From Azolla caroliniana (lineage: Eukaryota > Plantae > Polypodiophyta), in NCBI GenBank assembly GCA_043228905.1, contig JBHGNT010000021.1, forward strand, positions 12,338,001 to 12,402,000: a DNA stretch of 64,000 nucleotides, given 5' to 3'. The first letter of the stretch is position 1, and the number at the start of each line of letters is the position of its first letter. A program made the position numbers and the translations under genes. Positions 1 through 10,746 of the stretch are shown here, piece after piece. Under the pieces are notes generated by a model. It did not search any database, was not told where the DNA came from, and worked only from the letters and a program-made list of their open reading frames with translations.

Positions 1-30
1 TCTCTCAAATAGTCATTGCGAGTGTGCAAT

Positions 31-420
31 CATTTAAAGTGGGAGAGTATGTTGTATAACCAAAACGGATCATGAAATATATTCTTTGTAGTTTTTTCTA
101 ATCTTATGAGGAACGACTACATGTGGGTTAGTTCTGGAAGGATTACGAGGTTATTGATTGATTTACAATTCTATGGTGTGAGATAACTATTAAGTGTATT
201 ATTACTTGACCACTTCACACCGTAGGTCATGGTATGGTCACACACCATGACCTAGGGTTTTTGCCTATATAAGAAGGCTAGCTACCTTCTTAGTGAAGGA
301 GTCTTAGCTTATGTTGAGCCTATGTAACTATGGTTATGGCTCTTGTTAACGAAGCACATGAGAACCTTGTGGAACTCAAGGTACGAATCAGATAATGTAT
401 GGGACATCGAGGAGGTTTGG
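31..420 (+). mobile_element. Probable degenerate 3' LTR (PPT followed by TG-start LTR); right boundary uncertain
   Basis: Purine tract aagtgggagag followed by tgttgtataac at ~50 and a TATA-like cctatataag at ~265. No partner LTR is seen in the window. Confidence 0.3.
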
Positions 421-1539
421 GTTCATCTAACACCGTTGGTAGGGGGTGTTTGGGGTGGTCTGGCACCCCTCTTGGCTTTCTTATGTTTTGATTTAATAAT
501 TAGCTAGACTCTAATAGATCGGGGGGACCTCGATAGGGTGTGGAACTCGTGGGAGGTGGATATGATGAGGGTGACGTTTCTAAATAAAAAATTAAAATGA
601 CATAACCGGCTTGAGCTGGGTTGGTAGGCCTCAAGCTAAACCAAACTAAACTCAAACCACTTAAGGAGGCTCAAGCTAAAACCGAGCTAAGTCAAGCCAT
701 CAAACCCCCATATTGATTTAAAGGTTTGGTTCAGGGTTGACCCGAGCTATTGCCGACTCCTATGCTAATCCATGGTTCATGAACACTACAACCGGCTCCT
801 TGATATCCTTGATTTTCACTAGGGGTGTTGTTGTTGTTATCCAATGAGGCCTCATATAGTAGCTATCCACATAGTCTTCTTCTACAAACCTCTCCATGTT
901 AGCATGTTCACCTTTATAGGTTGGAGTCGACAACAACTCTAATCAAGCTTGAACCAAGCCGCTTAAATTTTAACTGGTTTGGTAGCTTAATTTAGGCTTT
1001 ATGTTGGTTTGTAAACCAATTTAAGCTTGATTTTGTTTAGTGTGAGCACCGTTAAGACACTCAAACTGGTTAAGACAGTTAGGCCATTTAAGAATTTTTT
1101 ATATTTTTCCCTATCCCCTCCTTCCCCCCTTTTAACTACATCTTGAGAGCATGCCAACTATTGACTCTTGAACTCCTAAGTTGGGAGGCTCGAGCACACC
1201 TTCTATCAACTCCTACATAGTAAGTACACCTCCTTTGGTTGAATCTTGGGTTATAATTGAATAATAGAAATTCACTTTTTGTCAATGGTTAAAGACATTG
1301 GTGTGATAGTTGAAGTTGATATATGTTAAAAATTATGTAGGCCAACAACTAGTGATGAAGTTGACTATCATTGATATTGCTTATATGATTTTATTGGAAT
1401 ACCATTTGTCTAGTTCATGGCAAGAAACAAGGGTAGAATATATGCTATTGTCTAACTCTTCCGCACAAGGTAAGTACAAGGAAGACTAAATTTAAGACAA
1501 GGGTGATATTTGTCCTATCCGTGGGGTTTCCGTATATAT

Positions 1540-2405
1540 TATTCTTAATGAGTTGAAAGAAAAGGTTTATACGTGCTATAACCCCCGAACCAAAGAAGTG
1601 CAAATCAGTCGTGATGTCGTGTTCGATGAAACGACTTCATGGTACCAACCTCTGACGAATCCAACCCCTATGGACTCCATGCCGAATTCTGAAGATGAGG
1701 CAATGAGGCCGATCCAATGAATGAGGAAGAGCTTAGCACTCTAGAGGAGTGTTTGATCTCATTTCGACTAAGTGGGCTGATGGAAGAGCTGAGCCGAAAC
1801 GGCCGATTGTTTGACCCGGTGAGTGAGGAAGACTCGGACGTGCAATTCCCGCATACAAACCCGAAGAGACGGATAACATGCAAGGAAAAGGGGAAGAAGA
1901 AGATGCTGAAATACGGCACTGAAGTAGGCACGTCAGATCAGAGTGAATCTGATAGGGCCATGAGTGATGGAGGTCCTCTGGAGCTGAGGACAGATTCATC
2001 TAGAAGGGCCTGGAAGGCGGCCAACGAAAGGTTGCACCGGTCAACTCGCCACAATAACCCCATAATCTGGTACGTGTATAATGAGATACATGACGAAAGT
2101 GGTAGAGATACACGAACCAAAGAGCTACGCGTAGGCGGCACAAGACGCCAATTGGAAAATGACCATGGAGGAAGATATGCATGTGCCAAAAATGAGACTT
2201 GGGACTTGGTTGAACCCCCAAAAGGAGTCAAGCCGATCGGCTGCAAATGGGTGTACAAGGTAAAGTACAACGTTGACGAGTCCGTCAACAAGTATAAAGC
2301 CTGATTGGTGGCCAAGGGCTATGCGTAGACACTCGACATTGACTATGATGAGACATTTGTGTCGGTCGCGAAGATGACGATTGTCCGTGTGTTGTTGGTC
2401 ATAGT
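1540..2405 (+). mobile_element. Copia element Z, 5' remnant (end of integrase to start of RT), interrupted by element A
   Basis: Reads ...YTCYNPRTKEVQISRDVVFDE... and KNETWDLVEPPKGVKPIGCKWVYKVKYN...DYDETF. Homologous to element B at 17445-18150 and 24110-24360. Confidence 0.8.
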
Positions 2406-3939
2406 TGTTAACAGATATGTGCGGAGGAATGGGTGAGTACCTGACTGCTTATGAACAACAAACAACACAGATATGCAACACAAGAAGAAAATAGTAGATC
2501 GATAAACGTTAGAGCTTTAATGGAGGTTCACGTTATTTTGTAACTCTCTCTACGAGACTCAAGAAGAATACAAGAGGTGTTTGTTACAATGTTAGGTTAG
2601 GGCTTATATACTAAACCCTAACTATTTGGACGTGTTCACACACTAAGATACAAAGTGGAAGGAATCGGCCTTTGATGCCAACAAACTCCCCCATAAAAGG
2701 ACTACTCATGTTTACATACAATGGTAAGGGGCCATCTCCCCCATAAACCTAGATTACAATTTAATCTAAAATTATAGTTACAAATTAGTTCGCATGTAGC
2801 CGAATCGGTAGGGATAAAGTCAATATTCTACCTAACCTCCTGCTCTGCATTCAGCTTTCATCTGCTTGGTCTCTTGTCATAGTCCCATCTTTTTCCTGAG
2901 TGCTCTGAAGCGTTGATCTGGGAGTGACTTTGTCAAGTAATCGACGATGTTCACCTCGTTGTCGATCTTTCAGATTTCGAGCTTCTTCTCGGTTACTAGC
3001 TCCCGGATATGATGATACTGCACCTCAATATGCTTTGCCTTCACATGATAGACAAGATTATTGATGAGGTGCATTGCACTCTATGAGTCGAAGTAGATGG
3101 TTGGCGTTGGTTGATCGATTCGACTTGTAGACGAGAAGTTGACAGTCAGTCGATGTAGTCAGATCGATTCCTTTGTTGCCTCCGATGCTGCTATATACTC
3201 GGCTTCTATGGTAGACAGAGTCATGCACTCTTGAAGCTTCGACCTCCATGATATAGCACCATCACCATAGGTGAAGATGTAGCCTAATGTCGACTTATTG
3301 TCCGAGTTCACTACATAGTCTGAGTCGGTGTAGCCTTCAACTTTGGTCGGTTTTGCCGATCCAAAGGTTAGTTGTGCATCTTCAGTCCCTCTTAGGTACT
3401 TGAAGATGTGCTTGATGGCCTCCCAATGCTTCCGTCCTGGATTCGACATGTACTGGATGACCATTCCTATCGCATAGGCAAGATCAGGTCGGGTCGCCAC
3501 CATCGCGTACATGATACTTCCTACGGCCGATGCATAGAGTATCTTTCCATTTAGCTCTCTCTCCTTATCCATCAAAGGAGAGTCTTTGTCTGATAGTCGG
3601 ATTGACATCAGAAGTGGTGTTGGTGTTGGCTTCGGTTCTCCATGTTGGAGCGCTTCAGCACCTTGCAAATATAGTTAGACTAGGAGAGTCGGTCAGTTTT
3701 TGTTGTCCAATTTCGCTCTATCTTCATGCCCAGTATGTGTCGGGCTTGTCCGAATTCCTTCATTGCAAACTTTTCGTGAAGACTTCGCTTTAGCTTTCCA
3801 ATTTTGGCTTGATTGATTCCCTACAATCAACATGTCATCGACATATAGGATTAGATAGATCCGGGACACGTCGGCTAGTTGCCGAGTGTAAAAGAATACG
3901 TGTGCGGAAGCGTATGCGTAAGACATTGAGTACACGGTT

Positions 3940-3941
<2 letters not shown>

Positions 3942-3996
<55 letters not shown>
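3942..3996 (+). repeat. (GA)n microsatellite inside the B 3' LTR
   Basis: About 27 GA units; the equivalent tract in the other B LTR (~26655) is much shorter. Confidence 0.95.
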
Positions 3997-3997
<1 letters not shown>

Positions 3998-4381
3998 AAA
4001 AAGCGTAACTATATTCAAAATAATTCTCTGTATGTTCTCTGTACATACTTGGTGCTCAATGAGCACCTTTTATACAAGCCCTGACTATCGGGCTAACACA
4101 AGTACTTACAGTACCTAACTGCTCATAAATGAGCATCCTACACTTACCCCCAAAATTATTCCTTACGAGGAATAACATTCTAACGGCCTCTTGGTTTACA
4201 TACCGCTACGACCATATTTTGCGTACGGTTTTACGCATTGGGTTATGCACCTATTTACACTCCCAATGTTGAGCTTGTCTCTCAACACTCCCCCTCAAGC
4301 TCAACTTGAGGTTCCATATGCTTTTCCAGATCTTCTCTCTGGCCTCTCCTAGATTCACGCCTCACTCGCGCTCCTCGACCC

Positions 4382-5160
4382 TGATGAGGAGGGAGAGAAA
4401 AATGATAGAGAAGAGAAGAGGAAGAGAAAAGAATACTTGAATATATTATTAAGAAAAGAATACAATCTTCTTATACTCCAAGAGTAACAACTCCAAATAA
4501 CTACTTCAATATACTATTAGCCAAAATAGTCTTTCCTTCTTCTCTCTTTCTTCAACTAATCTTCTTCTCACTTCTTCTAATCTTCTTCTTCTTCCTCACT
4601 TCTTCTTGTAGATCTTCTATCTCTCCTTGTAGATATTATACTCTTCCTCCTTCCTTAGATATTCTACTCTTCCCTCTCCTTTGTAACTATTCTATTCCCC
4701 CTTCGTACTACTAAGAATACCACATATTTATAGGGTTTTAGTTGCATTATTCTTGCTTCTTTTCTTTTACATATCCTCGAGTTTGTGTGGTGCGTTTTTC
4801 ATATCATTATTTTTGGTTTGTCATCCAAATTTGTCATACAAGAAAGCTCTCTTTGTCTCTTTCTTACGAATATTTTCTTTTGAAATTTGGATAAGAGATG
4901 AAGAAGTTATGATCTTTTCTCTCTACCTTGCTTTTTCTGCTTAATTTCCTGCGTTTTTCTTCTTTTTCTTTTTTCCTGCTTTTTCTACTTTTGAAAAATG
5001 CCTCTAACTTTATATCTCTTCAATTTCATTTATCTTTTAACTCTTGGACCTTTCATATTGTGCTTTATTCTTCTATACCTTCGCATCCAATGTATTTTTC
5101 ACGGTCTTTTCCTATGAGCAAAAATCGACTTCAAAGACCCGTTCGATTTTGTGCGCTTCG
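4382..5160 (-). mobile_element. Solo LTR (779 bp) inserted in the B 3' UTR
   Basis: Flanked by a 4-bp duplication accc (4378-4381 and 5161-5164); ends TG...CG (mutated CA); TATA ctataaat on minus at ~4730. Removing it restores a 3' UTR matching element Z at 33225-33260. Confidence 0.7.
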
Positions 5161-6783
5161 ACCCTTCCGGTCGGCTTGTCTGCTCATGCAGCCTTTCTCA
5201 ACTCCCTTGCTATCGAGGTGTTGGCACCTCTTTCGCTACCCTTTTCTCCGCTTAGCCCTCAGTTGATTTGGCGTGTTTGACTCGAACATTTCTGATTCAT
5301 TCTCGCTTTAACTACATCCGACCATGTCTTAGTCCTGGCCTTTACGCCTTTCTTGGCTTTGCTTCCCCTTTGTTCGGCTGTCTTCGGCTCTTCCTTGCAA
5401 TAACGGCCCCTGTTTTCTTCTTCGGCTTCTTCACCTGGCCCGAAATCCAATTCTTCATCCGATTCGGCATCGCGGTTACTACCGTTCCTTTCACGCTCCT
5501 ATTCCCGTTCTTGTCTCCCCCTCAAGTTCGGTGTGTCAAGGTGTCGCAAACCCAGCTGAACCGAGAAATGCCGTAACTTGTCGAGACCAAGGGGCTTGGT
5601 GAAGATGTCGGCAATCTGCCGACCCGTCGGAACATACGCCAGTTCGACTTCACCAGAAAGGACACGCTCGCAGACAAAATGGTAGTGCACCTCAATGTGC
5701 TTGGTCCGAGTGTGGAATACAGGGTTTTTCACAAGGTGGATGTTGTTGAGGTTGTCGCAGTAGATTGTCGTTGGATCAGACACCTCTACGTGCAGATCCC
5801 GTAATAGCCATTTCAGCCAAATGACTTCTCACGTAGCGACTGTCACCCCTTGATATTCGACCTCTGTGCTCAACAGTGCTACTGTCAGCTGCTTCTTACT
5901 GCTCCATGCGATCACCGCACATCCCAATGAGAATGCGTATCCGGATGTGGATCTACGATCGTGGGCATTTCCGGCCCAATCGGCATCCGTCTAGCTGACT
6001 AACTGCTCAGCTACATCTACACAATACAACAACGCCATGTCTTTCGTGCCGCTGACATATCGTAATATCCTTTGCGCGCACTGAAGGTGTTTGGTTGTGG
6101 GCTGCGACATAAATTGACTGATCATTCCGACCGGATAGCTGAGTTCCGGCAGAATGATCATCAAGTAGATGAGGCTTCCGACAATCTGTCAAAACTGTGC
6201 CGGGTCGCACGCCTTTCCCGAATCTGGATGAAGGTTTACGTTGTCATGCCTCTTGGCGCCGGATCGTTATGTGAGTCGGGTGGGAACCGCTGGGGTTTTG
6301 GACTAGGAGAAAGGAGATCGTGAGATAGAGATTAATTATGAGTAGATAGCAAAGAGAAAGATAAGAAACTCGTGAATCACACAAGTATACTATATTAATT
6401 GGTACTTAGGTTGTTAAGAAAGAAGTAGATGCATAAATCGTGAATCCCACGAATAATTTTTATATTGATCAATACTTAATCCAAAAATAACCAACCCTTA
6501 TACATCTTTCTCTCCTCCTTATATAAGGATAGAAGAGGTTAAGCATAGCTTCTTGCTTTTCTAAAGTGTTCATGCTCTCTAAATTTGCATGCTTTACTTT
6601 TCCCACTACAATTTCCTAAATTTAGCATTCATGCCCGCTAGATGTGCACGCGTAATTTTATTAGTGTGCATATAAATAAAGTTTCACGCATTCTAAAAAT
6701 GCATGACTTACCTTTTAATAAAGGTAGGCAAAAATAAAGGTTTTATACGTATTAAATCTATATTCAAAACACTTAGAATAAGT

Positions 6784-6863
6784 TAGTACAATGGTAAGGT
6801 TGGAGTTTGTCTGTGCGGAGGTGTAGGGTTTGAATCCTACCCTATGCATGTAACAGAAATTTT
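6784..6863 (+). promoter_or_regulatory. tRNA-like Pol III type-2 cassette (A box, B box, TTTT) in the C 3' LTR
   Basis: TAGTACAATGG ... GGTTTGAATCC at tRNA spacing; stem GTAGG/CCTAC; TTTT at 6860-6863. Confidence 0.55.
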
Positions 6864-7310
6864 AATGTTTCTTTTATTTACAATTGTGTCTCTTCATCCC
6901 GTAAGAGACTCTCACCAGCCTTCTTCATCTGGCTCTTCCTTGCCGATTCCTCCTTGCCGGTTCCTCTTCGTCCGGTTTTCATCGGGTATTTCATTCTCTA
7001 TCCGGATGGGCAAAATGCAATTTCCACGTAGTGTGTAAATTACACTATGACACTCACCCCCTCTAAACCCGCACATCCTCTGGTATGTGCCGAAGTTCCC
7101 GATGTTCTATATTCGCCTCCATCCGTATCGCTCTCTGAATCTTCCCTTATGTCGACTACGAGTTGAAGTCCACTTTCTTCGCTATCCACATCACTGCGAT
7201 CTTTGTCTGGTTGTTCCTCATTGTCGGTGTCGTAGTGTATTTTGTACACTACGTGAAAAACGTATATAGTATTAGATTCAATAAAAAATGAAGAAATAGA
7301 AGAAAATAGC

Positions 7311-7390
7311 AAAATAAATGGAACATGCATAGGGCAAGATTCGAACCTTGCACCTCCATGTTAATAATGTAATGTCTTACCATTACACTA
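7311..7390 (-). promoter_or_regulatory. tRNA-like Pol III type-2 cassette in the D 5' LTR
   Basis: Minus strand TAGTGTAATGG ... GGTTCGAATC; stem GCAAG/CTTGC; TTTT ending at 7311. Confidence 0.6.
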
Positions 7391-7992
7391 GCATTTCATT
7401 AGTGTTAAAGCATAGATGTCCCACATAGAAAGGTAAATTCACGCTAGGATAAACATTAGAAAAACGCATAACAAAAGAAAAAGCTACACATACACATCTA
7501 GCGTGCATGATAAAAAACGCACAAGTTAGAAAAAAGCATGATCACTTTAGATAAAGCATATAGTCTATCTATAGGAAAAGCATGGGGTCTATAGTTAGAG
7601 AAAAAGCATGGATTATTAAGACTTCCTCATCACTACATAAGGATGGGAAGCACAATGTAATTGGGTGTGAAATACTTGGAAACTGGATATGTTTATAAAA
7701 AACACCAATTAATAAACTATACTCGTGGGATTCACGAGAATTCTATATCATTCTCTTTCAACCGAAGTTTATATTCTTATATTCATATTGATTAATCTAA
7801 TACAATACACTCGTGGGATTCACGAGTTTGCTATAACTCTTTCTTACAACATATTTATATTCTTATTAGCCTTAAAACTCTCTTCTTCCTAGTCCAAAAC
7901 CCCAGTGGTTCCCACCCGACTCACGCAAACGATCCGGAGCCGAAAGGCACGACACAGTTGGTGAACCCGACGTGAAGGCGGGTGGCAAGGAG

Positions 7993-10023
7993 ATGGAGAA
8001 TCAACAAGAGGCGATGAACATGATGATGATAATGTTTGAGCGGATGCAACAAGAACAACGTGCGATGTCGGAGATCACGGGGGCAGTAAAGCGGCTCGTG
8101 CGACGAAACGGGGAATTCAACGGTAAGGGTGTGTCACGCTACCTACGTGAATATAAGGCGGAGATGATGCAATATCGGATACCGGAAGGATTGCAAGTGA
8201 TATCCTTTAGTCGGGTGGCCTCGGACGAACTACAAGAGAGAATCCACAAGATACAACAACAAAACTCGACATGGGAGTCCTTTGAAGAAGCTTTACGGGA
8301 GGCATATGACTATGAGAGATGGACGGGACGAGATCGACGAGAATTCGACGAATGGGTGGCGTCGGAGAAGACTCACCGAAGTGCAACGCAAGCGTTCCTA
8401 GAGTTCGAGCATCGTTTTGCTCGACTCTCGGAGCGGGAACGAAGATTGGTGGGAGGAGATAAAGTCTTAATGTTCGTAAGATCGATCGATCGGAAAGAAA
8501 GGATGGACATTGGGATCGAACTCAAAGATGATGACGGTGCGAACGGCCTTACCGAGGATTGGGCTAAAGTCGAAAGGGTATGCCGAAGACATAATGAAAG
8601 GAAGCTGAGAATCTCGTCAACAACGACATGGCCCATGAAGGATGGTCGATTGAGGAAAAACGATGAAGCCAATATGAAGGCCGAAATACAACATGATGGT
8701 ACCACGGGAGAAAGAGTGGAACAAGACACCCACTCGTCTTGTGAAAGAACGATGGCGAAGGATAAGGCCGATAATTCAAGTGTAGAAGGAAATTTCGGGA
8801 TACAAGTGCCCGAGACATCGGGTCAAAAAGGGGTAAGCATAATAGATGTTTGCATAATTGATGCAGATAAAGAGTGTGAAGCGGATGTGATTAAGGAGGT
8901 AGCCACAAAAGACGAAATCGAATCGGAGGTGGCTATGGACGAATCAATGGCGGATTGCCATATCGAGACTTCCCCACCACTGATTCCAGAGACTCCGGCG
9001 GTTGCGATCGAAAGGCAACGTGAGACCGAAGAGACGGAAGGTGGCGGAGAGAAAACGAATGTCGAAGCCGACGAATACGATGAAGAGATAGCCGAGAAGA
9101 ATGCTAAGGGTGAAACTACGAAAGAAGGTAATACCGAGGATTCATGCCAACAATATCTAGAGACTTCGGCGGTTGTGTCCGAGAACCAACGTGAGACCGG
9201 AGAGACGGGAGATGGCGGCGAGGAAGGTAAAGTCGGAAGTCGGTTCGGATGGAAAATGATCCATCCGAAATTCCAATCTAAAAGAAAGTGCGACAATGCG
9301 GAGGTCGGGTCTACGACGGGAGAAGCGCGTAATACAGAGCACGCTCTACGGCGAATAAAGAAACGCGTGTTATGGCGAATAAAGAAGCACGCGCTACGGC
9401 GAGAAAAGAAGCATGCATTACAACCACACGAGGACCGAACAACGAGCACATATCGGAGGACCTACGTGGCGAACAACGGAAAGAAGTGCCGAAAGTCGAA
9501 CCGGACAAGGCAGGTGAAAACGAAGAAAAGAAAGCAAATCCGGATGAAAAGAAAAGAAAAGAAACCGACCCGAAAGAGCACTGAATCGGTAAAAACCGAT
9601 CAACCGAGTCCGGATCGACTGAATACAAATCGGAAAGGAAGCCGAACTAAACGAAAGACGATCCGACGAGACCGAATCGGAAGTAAGCTAATCCGACTAA
9701 ACCGAAAATCCGAAAAGAAGTCGAGATTGATGAAGAAAAGAAAGAGGGCAAGAAAAGATACTACCGCGGATGACAAGGACCAAGCGGGCCATGCAAAAAG
9801 CGAACGAAGACTATGGTGGATCGGATGTCGACAATGGTTCGGGTGGAAAGAATGGATGTGCTCCAAATGGAGAGACAAAGTCAACATAACAAGAGAAGTC
9901 GAGGGTACTACGAGCCGGCAACGAAACCAATCGGGTAGAGACCGGACGAAGGAGACTAACAAACACCAACAACTTCGGCACATACCGGAGGATGTGCGGG
10001 TTTGGAGGGGGCGAGTGTCGTAG
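7993..10023 (+). CDS. Gag-like protein of element D: N-terminal ~200 aa homologous to C Gag, then an acidic and a K/R-rich region
   Basis: MENQQ...RNGEFNGKGVSRYLREYKAEM aligns with C MENQQ...RNGQFNGKDVSRYLQDYKAEM. Open from the first ATG after the PBS to a TAG inside the 3' LTR. No CCHC knuckle. Confidence 0.75.
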   Translation: MENQQEAMNMMMIMFERMQQEQRAMSEITGAVKRLVRRNGEFNGKGVSRYLREYKAEMMQYRIPEGLQVISFSRVASDELQERIHKIQQQNSTWESFEEALREAYDYERWTGRDRREFDEWVASEKTHRSATQAFLEFEHRFARLSERERRLVGGDKVLMFVRSIDRKERMDIGIELKDDDGANGLTEDWAKVERVCRRHNERKLRISSTTTWPMKDGRLRKNDEANMKAEIQHDGTTGERVEQDTHSSCERTMAKDKADNSSVEGNFGIQVPETSGQKGVSIIDVCIIDADKECEADVIKEVATKDEIESEVAMDESMADCHIETSPPLIPETPAVAIERQRETEETEGGGEKTNVEADEYDEEIAEKNAKGETTKEGNTEDSCQQYLETSAVVSENQRETGETGDGGEEGKVGSRFGWKMIHPKFQSKRKCDNAEVGSTTGEARNTEHALRRIKKRVLWRIKKHALRREKKHALQPHEDRTTSTYRRTYVANNGKKCRKSNRTRQVKTKKRKQIRMKRKEKKPTRKSTESVKTDQPSPDRLNTNRKGSRTKRKTIRRDRIGSKLIRLNRKSEKKSRLMKKRKRARKDTTADDKDQAGHAKSERRLWWIGCRQWFGWKEWMCSKWRDKVNITREVEGTTSRQRNQSGRDRTKETNKHQQLRHIPEDVRVWRGRVS

Positions 10024-10098
10024 TGTATTTTGTACACTACGTGAAAAACGTATATAGTATTAGATTCAATAAAAAATGAAGAAATAGAAGAAAATAGC

Positions 10099-10178
10099 AA
10101 AATAAATGGAACATGCATAGGGCAAGATTCGAACCTTGCACCTCCATGTTAATAATGTAATGTCTTACCATTACACTA
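10099..10178 (-). promoter_or_regulatory. tRNA-like Pol III type-2 cassette in the D 3' LTR
   Basis: Copy of 7311-7390. Confidence 0.6.
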
Positions 10179-10746
10179 GCATTTCATTAGTGTTAAAGCA
10201 TAGATGTCCCACATAGAAAGGTAAATTCACGCTAGGATAAACATTAGAAAAACGCATAACAAAAGAAAAAGCTACACATACACATCTAGCGTGCATGATA
10301 AAAAACGCACAAGTTAGAAAAAAGCATGATCACTTTAGATAAAGCATATAGTCTATCTATAGGAAAAGCATGGGGTCTATAGTTAGAGAAAAAGCATGGA
10401 TTATTAAGACTTCCTCATCACTACATAAGGATGGGAAGCACAATGTAATTGGGTGTGAAATACTTGGAAACTGGATATGTTTATAAAAAACACCAATTAA
10501 TAAACTATACTCGTGGGATTCACGAGAATTCTATATCATTCTCTTTCAACCGAAGTTTATATTCTTATATTCATATTGATTAATCTAATACAATACACTC
10601 GTGGGATTCACGAGTTTGCTATAACTCTTTCTTACAACATATTTATATTCTTATTAGCCTTAAAACTCTCTTCTTCCTAGTCCAAAACCCCAGTGGTTCC
10701 CACCCGACTCACGCAAACGATCCGGAGCCGAAAGGCACGACATCGG

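Larger units (their letters stand above)
7228..10742 (+). mobile_element. Non-autonomous gag-only LTR element D (TR-GAG-like) related to C, inserted antiparallel inside C
   Basis: 727-bp LTRs at 7228-7954 and 10016-10742 with no difference found by eye; perfect TSD tcgg; tRNA-Trp PBS 7959-7976; PPT ggagggggcgag; no protease, RT, RNase H or integrase. Confidence 0.95.

Noticed and set aside
600-1070. Possible MITE with repeated aagct/aacc motifs
   Set aside because: No TIR pair or TSD could be defined.
7311-7400. Functional tRNA gene inside the LTR
   Set aside because: No acceptor stem or anticodon arm can be formed; only the boxes and the T-arm-like stem are present.
9300-10023. env-like gene in element D
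   Set aside because: No signal peptide or hydrophobic transmembrane stretch, and the region is contiguous with gag.
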